DNA from: a phage | Strand: one strand, 5' to 3' | Length of the DNA stretch: 64,000 bases | Sequence record: PX930852.1 | Shown here: in pieces, positions 57,183-64,000 of the stretch | Layout of the letters: the number at the start of each line of letters is the position of its first letter | Numbering within the stretch: the stretch's first letter is position 1 | Position numbers and translations under genes: made by a program | The notes under the pieces: generated by a model | Told to the model about the DNA's origin: nothing | The model's database searches: none | The model's input: the letters and a program-made list of their open reading frames with translations, nothing else

Positions 57183-57661
57183 TTCTTAATACCCTTCTTA
57201 GTAGAAATTTTATAAGCAAGGTTATCTCTTAAGTCACCTGTCTCAACAAGAGGTGCGTTAAAGCCTTTTTTCTTGACTGTGGAAGGTGCGTTAGGAGGGA
57301 GGATAGCAGAATTACCAAAACCCCTTTTAATTGCCTTTTGAGCATTCTTTGCAAATGCTTCTAAGGTATTTGAAGGGTCTGTGTTGAGACTGCTAAGTTG
57401 CTTATATAGATTCTTCTTAGTCTGCTCTAACAAGGTCTGTTTGTTTAGCATCATAGTGATTTCAAACAACCTACGATATACTTTACCAGAAGCTGAAGGA
57501 ACCCCAATAACTTCTTGTAAATACATTAAAGCAGGATAAGAAAAACCAGAGCTATGTTGACCTTGTTCTTGAAAATACCCAACTTGAGCATTAGCCGTTT
57601 GCAAGTTCTTCATAGCCCCGACTAATTTTGCTCTAGCGGGGTGAATAACCCTTTTAACCAT
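57179..57661 (-). CDS. Head-tail connector protein
   Basis: Position. Confidence 0.3.
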   Translation of the reverse strand: MVKRVIHPARAKLVGAMKNLQTANAQVGYFQEQGQHSSGFSYPALMYLQEVIGVPSASGKVYRRLFEITMMLNKQTLLEQTKKNLYKQLSSLNTDPSNTLEAFAKNAQKAIKRGFGNSAILPPNAPSTVKKKGFNAPLVETGDLRDNLAYKISTKKGIKK

Positions 57662-58110
57662 TATTCATCTCGCTCGATAATAAATACGCCATTAACACGG
57701 TTGCAGTAATCTCTGCCTTCGTATCTGGCAGCATCACCATATTCTGTGTATTTCTTGACAGAGCAAGGATTCTGACGACGCATGTCAATATCACACTGAT
57801 TAATACCACCTGCATAGGGTAGTCCTGAAACAGAGCTTTTAACAAGGTCGTCATAAACAGCTTTCAGAGATTTGAATCTGGAAGAGTTACGTAAATAGAC
57901 ACCACCAACTTTCTCATCTCCCATCTTGGCTACTTGAAAGAGTAAATATTTAAGAGCTTTGATGGCTGCTTTCTTTTCATCCTTTCCAGATTCTAGATAG
58001 AACCACTCTAGCACAGACTGTTCAATAAGAATTTCATCATTATTGGTGTCTGTGCAGAGGATTCTTACTCTATCAAGAGGGTTATTGGCTGGGTCGCCTG
58101 TATAGCACAT
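57661..58110 (-). CDS. Head completion protein
   Basis: Position immediately downstream of the major capsid gene. Confidence 0.3.
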   Translation of the reverse strand: MCYTGDPANNPLDRVRILCTDTNNDEILIEQSVLEWFYLESGKDEKKAAIKALKYLLFQVAKMGDEKVGGVYLRNSSRFKSLKAVYDDLVKSSVSGLPYAGGINQCDIDMRRQNPCSVKKYTEYGDAARYEGRDYCNRVNGVFIIERDE

Positions 58111-58131
58111 TTATAACCCTCCTTAAGAATA

Positions 58132-59238
58132 TTAGTCTGGTTTAGCGTCAGAACGAACGTCTACCAGCAACTGAGGACGAGTACAGTATGGCAGCATGTA
58201 AGAGTGAGCTTCAAAGTCGATACCTTCGTCACGGTCTTTTTCGTATTCGAATACGTACAGTTCCTGACCAAGTGTATTTGCATAACCCATCTTAGGACAT
58301 GGACCATATGCAACTTCGAAGATGTTGTTTGCTTCACCCAGCATAGAAACGTTAGGGAAAGCATGACCAACACCAACAGTTGCTGCTGCACCATCAATGC
58401 TCACCAGAGTGTGAACCTTACCACGCTTGTCTTTGAACTTACCGTTGTACTGGACAAACTTAACACCACCGTAGTAGAAAGTGTTCATGTGGGCCTGAAC
58501 GCCGTCAGTACCACCAGTTCTCAGAGAACCAGTAATCTGCTGCCAAGCCAGTGGAGTCTGCTGTGCAAGATAAGCGTCACGAATCTTAGGATGCTTAACC
58601 AGTTTGCTGAAGAACACACGGTCAACAACTACGTGAATTTCTTCACCGTTGATTACAGTGCCAGTCTTAGCTTCGTCTTCCATGTGCATACGCAGTTCTT
58701 CAATAGAAGCGTCGATGTCAGCATTAGGGTTGTCAAGGTCGAAGTAAACAGTCTTCTTCTCAACGTCGAACTGCTTGTACAGGTCAGCGTACAGAGTACC
58801 ACGAGCATCAACAACTTTACCCTTCAGAGCTTGCATAAACAGGAACTCACGAGTAATATCGAACTTGGTACGAATCTTCATCAGCTTCTTAGCACGTACT
58901 ACAGCTTCAGTAGTCAGTTCGTTTGCAGTGCCTGGCTGACGTACACCCTGAATTTCATCAGGAGTGATGCTTTCAACTTCTTTGAAGTACATCATTGGGA
59001 AGCTGATTTGACGAACACGCTCAGGTGCGCTAGTCTCTGCTTTACGGCTATCACGGTCTACCGCATCAAGCAAGCTAACATCCCAATCAGTCAAGTCCAT
59101 AAGGAAAGTAGTTTGGGTGATTGGTGCTGAACGGAACAGACCTAAGTTGGAAATATACCCATAAGTATTTGGGATAGACTGGACTTCACCAGTCAGGTCA
59201 GCAAGGAAAAATCTGCTTTTTTCAGAATTAGTCAACAT
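58132..59238 (-). CDS. Major capsid protein (lambda gpE-like)
   Basis: 368 aa; sits after the protease and decoration genes in lambda order C-D-E. Confidence 0.65.
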   Translation of the reverse strand: MLTNSEKSRFFLADLTGEVQSIPNTYGYISNLGLFRSAPITQTTFLMDLTDWDVSLLDAVDRDSRKAETSAPERVRQISFPMMYFKEVESITPDEIQGVRQPGTANELTTEAVVRAKKLMKIRTKFDITREFLFMQALKGKVVDARGTLYADLYKQFDVEKKTVYFDLDNPNADIDASIEELRMHMEDEAKTGTVINGEEIHVVVDRVFFSKLVKHPKIRDAYLAQQTPLAWQQITGSLRTGGTDGVQAHMNTFYYGGVKFVQYNGKFKDKRGKVHTLVSIDGAAATVGVGHAFPNVSMLGEANNIFEVAYGPCPKMGYANTLGQELYVFEYEKDRDEGIDFEAHSYMLPYCTRPQLLVDVRSDAKPD

Positions 59239-59271
59239 TGTAAAATTCTCCAGAATGTCTTATTATTGTTA

Positions 59272-59649
59272 TTACAGGCCAGTTGGTACGAAATCAATAC
59301 CTTTAGCAGCCAGAGCTTTCTTGACGTTCTCAGCATTAACACCAGACTCAAGAGTAAGCATGTCTTTCAGTTCTGCGTCGCGGTAAATACCAACGACTTT
59401 CAACTGACCGTGGTAAGACAGTTGCAGGTCTGCATAAAAGTTAACGATACATACAGAATCAGCCTGAGCTTCTTCCCCTGCTGCAACTTTAGTACCATCT
59501 GCTTTCAGGACTTCACCTACACGGTATTCTGTTGAAGCAACTGGAGTGTACTCTTTGCGAGAGTGACCTGTTGGGGTAACCTGTTCCCAAAGAATGATAT
59601 CATTCAGAGGTTCTCTTTTACCTAAGTGAGTAAAACCTTCATATGCCAT
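59272..59649 (-). CDS. Head decoration protein (lambda gpD-like position)
   Basis: 125 aa between the protease/scaffold and capsid genes. Confidence 0.45.
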   Translation of the reverse strand: MAYEGFTHLGKREPLNDIILWEQVTPTGHSRKEYTPVASTEYRVGEVLKADGTKVAAGEEAQADSVCIVNFYADLQLSYHGQLKVVGIYRDAELKDMLTLESGVNAENVKKALAAKGIDFVPTGL

Positions 59650-59660
59650 TATTGTGTTCC

Positions 59661-61007
59661 TTATTTGATAAGAGATTTTAGAGCATTCTGGAGAGCCAGT
59701 TTGCGTTGTTCAGCGGTGTCTTCGGAAGCATTCTTAGCTGGTTCTTTTTCTTCTTCAACCAAATCAGCTTCGCCGTCATTACCCATTTCTTCCATAGCAT
59801 TAGAATGTTCAAGAACAGCACCAGCAGTTTCTTTCAGCTTGGTAATTTCTGATTCTTTTTCTTCCATTGCAGAAGCATGGGACGCGATAGTTTCATTAAG
59901 TTTCTGGTTAGCACCTTCCATAGCATTCATAAACAGAACGCTCAGAGGGTTATCAAGACCAGCACCTAAAATAGTCGTTGCAGCTTCTTTTGCATCAAAC
60001 CCAAAAGCTTCAGCAGAAGCAGAAATCTTATTAGTCAAATCTGACAAAGCAGCTTCCTGTTCTTTAGCTTTCATTTGAGCAACCTGAAGACGCAAAGCTT
60101 CTAGTTCTTGCTTTTCTTGTTCAGTCATTTCTTCACCTGAATTGTTAACGTTTAAACTTACAGGAGCCTCTTCAGAACCTTGTAAGTAATTTAAGAAATC
60201 ATCTTGAGACATGATTGAGTTAATTAAACCAAGTTCAAGAGCTTCCTGAGCAGAATAAACATTCGCCTCAGTATTCTTTACAGCTTCTTCAGAGAGATTA
60301 CGCGATTCAGCTACAAAGCCTGTAAAGGTTGAGTAGGTATCATTAATTCTCTTTTGAAGTCTTTCTTTGCTTTCTTCTGAAAGTGCTTGGAATGGTGAAC
60401 CCATACCTTTAAACTCACCAGCTTTGATGACGTTAATTGTTACGCCATTCTTTTCAAATGCCTTAGTTAATTCCTGATGAACCATGATTACACCAATAGA
60501 ACCAACATCTGCATCTGGTGATGCAATAATTTCTTCAGCAGAAGATGCAAGAGCGTATGCAGCGGAACAAGCGAACTCATCTACATAAGCAATAATTTTC
60601 TTTTGGCCTCTTGAAGCCATAATGTGACGTGCTAATTCAAAGCAACCTGAAGCTTCACCACCACCAGAATCGATGTGCAGAACAATAGTCTTGATTGACT
60701 CATCTGCTAAAGCTTCGTCAAAGCCTCTACGCAAACCTTCATAAGAACTTAATCCACCTGTACACATTGCATCAATGAATGTCATACGATGGGTTAAACC
60801 ACCCATAATAGGGATAATAGCAATGTCATCTTTCACTTTTAAAAGACTTCTTGCTTCACCTTTGGGTTTATCAAAGTTTACTGCTGCTTGGACATCACCC
60901 AGCAATCTGTTATTCACATAAGTTGCTGCTGAGTGAGCTAATGATTCAGTGGCTAGTAAAGGTTGGTTGAATAATCTATCAGCAAGTCTGAAGATATTCG
61001 AACTCAT
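59661..61007 (-). CDS. Prohead protease (S49/ClpP-like) fused to scaffold-like C-terminal domain
   Basis: TIVLHIDSGGGEASG and DEFACSAAYALASSAEEIIASPDADVGSIGV (S49 serine protease blocks); C-terminal Glu/Ala/Lys-rich coiled coil. Confidence 0.65.
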   Translation of the reverse strand: MSSNIFRLADRLFNQPLLATESLAHSAATYVNNRLLGDVQAAVNFDKPKGEARSLLKVKDDIAIIPIMGGLTHRMTFIDAMCTGGLSSYEGLRRGFDEALADESIKTIVLHIDSGGGEASGCFELARHIMASRGQKKIIAYVDEFACSAAYALASSAEEIIASPDADVGSIGVIMVHQELTKAFEKNGVTINVIKAGEFKGMGSPFQALSEESKERLQKRINDTYSTFTGFVAESRNLSEEAVKNTEANVYSAQEALELGLINSIMSQDDFLNYLQGSEEAPVSLNVNNSGEEMTEQEKQELEALRLQVAQMKAKEQEAALSDLTNKISASAEAFGFDAKEAATTILGAGLDNPLSVLFMNAMEGANQKLNETIASHASAMEEKESEITKLKETAGAVLEHSNAMEEMGNDGEADLVEEEKEPAKNASEDTAEQRKLALQNALKSLIK

Positions 61008-61018
61008 TTTTACTCACC

Positions 61019-61351
61019 CTATTTGTTTAAATCTACAGAGACTGAAGAGATAACATAGATACCTTCTTCAGCAAAGAATTGAGGTTTGCTAAGAGCACCA
61101 GTTGCCACGCATTTATCGTTAGCATCCCACAAGCTATAGTGTGAGACCGTTGCAGAAGCTGGAACAGTGATATTAACTGTGTCTTCTGAGGCAATTAAGC
61201 CATTATCCGGTTCAGAAAAATAAATAGCCACTGGCTGAGTAACCTTATTTGCTGTAGGGTCTGCCGTTGGGTCTACATTGTGTAAAATAATAGTCGTTGG
61301 GGTTAGCGTGGCGAGGATTTTATTCTTACCATCAATAGTTAATGTTCCCAT
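61019..61351 (-). CDS. Hypothetical head protein
   Basis: 110-aa ORF in head module. Confidence 0.3.
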   Translation of the reverse strand: MGTLTIDGKNKILATLTPTTIILHNVDPTADPTANKVTQPVAIYFSEPDNGLIASEDTVNITVPASATVSHYSLWDANDKCVATGALSKPQFFAEEGIYVISSVSVDLNK

Positions 61352-61851
61352 TAATTAAACCTTACTTTTTGTTTAAGGACTGTTGAATGGTTACCAGATT
61401 CATCTACCACATTTACAATCATATCATATACTTTGCCTTTGACAAGTACTTTGTAATCATTTTGTGAAAAAATGTATTCAAGTCTGTTTGTTTCTTTATT
61501 AACTGTCATTGGAGATTGAAATGCAGTGTCGAGGGTAATGAAAGCGGCTTCAATGCTATTAACATTGATACGTTTATTCTCGCAGTTATATAACTTTACA
61601 CCCAAAAGGCATGAACTGTCAAATGGAATTTTAACAATTTCACTACAATTTCCTGAAATAAACGGTTTTCCACTCATTGGAGCATCAAGTAACCTACAAA
61701 TAGTGAAAACGTCAGAGGTTCCACCATCACTTACATAACCTGAAAGGCTGACCCTTGAGCCAGCCTCTACAGATAATTTGTCAGTGATAATAAGAACACC
61801 TCTATACGAATGCACTCGTGTAGCATTTGAAATAGAGATAACTTCAGCCAT
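61351..61851 (-). CDS. Hypothetical head protein
   Basis: 166-aa ORF in head module. Confidence 0.3.
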   Translation of the reverse strand: MAEVISISNATRVHSYRGVLIITDKLSVEAGSRVSLSGYVSDGGTSDVFTICRLLDAPMSGKPFISGNCSEIVKIPFDSSCLLGVKLYNCENKRINVNSIEAAFITLDTAFQSPMTVNKETNRLEYIFSQNDYKVLVKGKVYDMIVNVVDESGNHSTVLKQKVRFN

Positions 61852-63326
61852 TATTTATTTGCCTTATTTGCTGTGCTTGGGTCTTTCGCTGAAGGTGTCT
61901 TTGCAGTACCTTCTCCAGCGGTCTTATAACCATCTCCTGAGCGGCTTTGACTATTTGGAGAAAGCTTTTCAGATACTGGCTGAGATTCATCAGCAGGAGG
62001 AAGACCAATATGCTCTCTAAGCTTGTTAGATAGCTCTTTGTCAACTTCCAAAGCACCTACTGCAACAGTCTTCTGAATATAAGAACCAATTGCTTCAAGG
62101 TCTGGAGTTTCGATATCATCATATGTGATTTGTACATGTTCTTCATCATCCCACATATTAAGAGCATAAGTCTGTGCAACTAAGTCACGGTTAATTACGT
62201 TCTTAATTTGCTTAAGCAGAATATCTACTGACATCGCTAGTAAGCTTGTCTTAGAATCTGCAAGAGAGAATGAACCGTATTTTGACTGACCCATAGCAAG
62301 AACATCTGACATAAATGCCATCATAATCTGCTTGGAATATCTGTCAATAATAGAACCTGTATCGTATGCTTTAGCACCCTGTCTAGAAACTAATGAGAAC
62401 TCGAAAATATCCTCTTTAGTTTCTGGGTCGATATATCTAGGCCAGATTAAACCCGCTCTATCATTAGCAATCATATCGTTAACAACAGTTTTGCAGTATT
62501 GTACGAAAGCTTTCTTTTCAGGTTCTGCATTTTCATCCAGATAATCTGGTGGTAAACCAATCTTTGGCATACCTACTAAATCTCTTGAGACACCAACAGC
62601 TTCGTACTCTTCAATCTGAACTTTATACTTCCACGGTACATAAGCATTAAGTAATGGTGAGCGACCTTCTGGGTTTCCATATTCATCGTCATACTTAAAC
62701 AGCATGAATTTAGCTCGTGGAAGTTTTCTTGTTAGTGGTCTTTCTCCGAGATTAATTGCTCCAGCAATATGTGAAACATTTCTCAGATTCTGCCTAACAC
62801 CAGTAACTTTTCTAAAGTCTTCGTCAAAATACCACTTATCAAGTGTTGATTGGTTTCTAATTGGTAATTTAGCCCATCCAATTAGACCATCATCAAATTT
62901 AGACTGATACTTTCCTTTTTTACCCTGACGCTTCTTATAAACTTTCTCGTTAACACAGAACCCATAAGTGCAGAATGACATTACAGAATTAATAAAATCT
63001 GCCCAATCATGCTCCATGTCATCCATTAAAGAATTAAAGAAGTCTGCTCTTTCAAGCATTTTAGGGTCTTGCTCTTTTCCCTTTGGAGGTACGAATCTCC
63101 AGTTGACTTTTCTGACAAACATCTTAATAATATTTACAGATGCTGCTACAGCAGGGTCACGCATCATTAATTGGAAAGTTTTAATACTTTCAGGGAACCT
63201 TAGTGCCTGACGAGGTTCTTCATAGATTCTTCCATTCTTAACCTTCAGACCCAAAGAACCTACTTCACCCATTCTAAATGGTGGTAAGCTTTCTTGTGTT
63301 TCTGTAATATCTGCCATTCTTCTCAC
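61851..63326 (-). CDS. Portal protein
   Basis: 491 aa immediately downstream of the terminase large subunit gene; acidic/basic C-terminal tail. Confidence 0.65.
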   Translation of the reverse strand: MRRMADITETQESLPPFRMGEVGSLGLKVKNGRIYEEPRQALRFPESIKTFQLMMRDPAVAASVNIIKMFVRKVNWRFVPPKGKEQDPKMLERADFFNSLMDDMEHDWADFINSVMSFCTYGFCVNEKVYKKRQGKKGKYQSKFDDGLIGWAKLPIRNQSTLDKWYFDEDFRKVTGVRQNLRNVSHIAGAINLGERPLTRKLPRAKFMLFKYDDEYGNPEGRSPLLNAYVPWKYKVQIEEYEAVGVSRDLVGMPKIGLPPDYLDENAEPEKKAFVQYCKTVVNDMIANDRAGLIWPRYIDPETKEDIFEFSLVSRQGAKAYDTGSIIDRYSKQIMMAFMSDVLAMGQSKYGSFSLADSKTSLLAMSVDILLKQIKNVINRDLVAQTYALNMWDDEEHVQITYDDIETPDLEAIGSYIQKTVAVGALEVDKELSNKLREHIGLPPADESQPVSEKLSPNSQSRSGDGYKTAGEGTAKTPSAKDPSTANKANK

Positions 63327-63333
63327 CTAGCTA

Positions 63334-64000
63334 TCAACGTCTAAGCCCCTCATATGGGTTTCCTCTCACTAAATCTGTGTGAGCACCCATTGATGGTGGC
63401 TTGAATAATTTAACTTCGTTAAGACTGTTGAAAGCATCACTGGTAGCATCCACTTGGTCATCTTTAGTTTTGCCATCACCACAAAAGCCTTCAAGCTCTT
63501 GAAAGTAAGCTTCGTTCCAACTACCTCTCAAGACTTTCACAAGTCCAGCTTCAGAAGCAGCAGAAAACCCCGCAAATCGGGTAACTTTATCTTTATTTGT
63601 TGGTTTGGCTCTTGCACGATAACCTTTCTCGGCAAGTTTCCTGATGAGGGATGTTGCGTAGGATTTACCAGCAGCGCCTGGGTCTTGAGGGATAAAAATA
63701 CCAGTTCGCTTACCGTCACTTTCAGCAGTCAAATTAATTTGTGTTTCGACTCCAGAGGGTCTATCTCTAAATCTTACTACATCAATGATATAATAGCAAC
63801 CGTCTTTTTTAGATTTACCCATCTTAACACCTGCTGTCCAGTCTGGATTAGGGTTAATCTCAGATGGTAAAGTTGCTGCTAAGTCCCATGCTCTAACATC
63901 AAATACATCTTCTGGGAGTGAATCAACAATCTCACACCACTGTCTTTGCCAATAGTTTGAACCTTCTGCACGAGCCTTCCAGTTACCGAAACGAAGTCTT
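63334..64000 (-). CDS. Terminase large subunit, C-terminal part (5' end of the gene lies beyond the window)
   Basis: C-terminal nuclease-type acidic motif KTKDDQVDATSDAF; reading frame stays open upstream of the first ATG to the window edge. Confidence 0.65.
   Translation of the reverse strand, partial: RLRFGNWKARAEGSNYWQRQWCEIVDSLPEDVFDVRAWDLAATLPSEINPNPDWTAGVKMGKSKKDGCYYIIDVVRFRDRPSGVETQINLTAESDGKRTGIFIPQDPGAAGKSYATSLIRKLAEKGYRARAKPTNKDKVTRFAGFSAASEAGLVKVLRGSWNEAYFQELEGFCGDGKTKDDQVDATSDAFNSLNEVKLFKPPSMGAHTDLVRGNPYEGLRR

Noticed and set aside
58204-59130. 308-aa plus-strand ORF
   Set aside because: Antisense to the major capsid gene; likely a chance open frame opposite a long real gene.
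59626-60078. 150-aa plus-strand ORF
   Set aside because: Antisense within the prohead protease/scaffold gene; Ser/Ala-rich low-complexity translation.

Overview
This window reads as a contiguous segment of a large virulent tailed-phage genome (AT-rich, tightly packed, no integrase or host genes seen). Coordinates 431-29856 (minus strand) carry early and DNA-metabolism genes: a macro-domain protein, an rIIA/rIIB-like pair, a NAMPT-family plus PRPP-synthetase-family pair, class III (nrdD/nrdG) and class Ia (nrdA/nrdB) ribonucleotide reductases with a glutaredoxin, HNH and GIY-YIG nucleases, a flap endonuclease, a T7 gp4-like primase-helicase and a dNMP kinase. Coordinates 30114-41352 (plus strand) carry a family A DNA polymerase, an ATP-dependent DNA ligase, DHFR and thymidylate synthase, interrupted by two repeat-dense non-coding islands that flank a two-gene cassette. 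Coordinates 41389-64000 (minus strand) carry a complete lambda-like head module (large terminase, portal, S49 protease/scaffold, decoration protein, gpE-like capsid) and a contractile-tail module (sheath, tube, chaperones, tape measure, P2-like baseplate, two His-rich tail fibres). The gene content resembles Felix O1-like myoviruses; this is an inference from memory and was not checked by any search. The most interesting points are the NAD+-related gene pair (probably a NARP1-type anti-defence pathway), the phage macro-domain protein, the repeat islands at 35.9-37.9 kb, and the tandem repeats with a G-tract at the left edge. All functional calls rest on motif recognition by eye in the translated ORFs; no database search or structure prediction was run.
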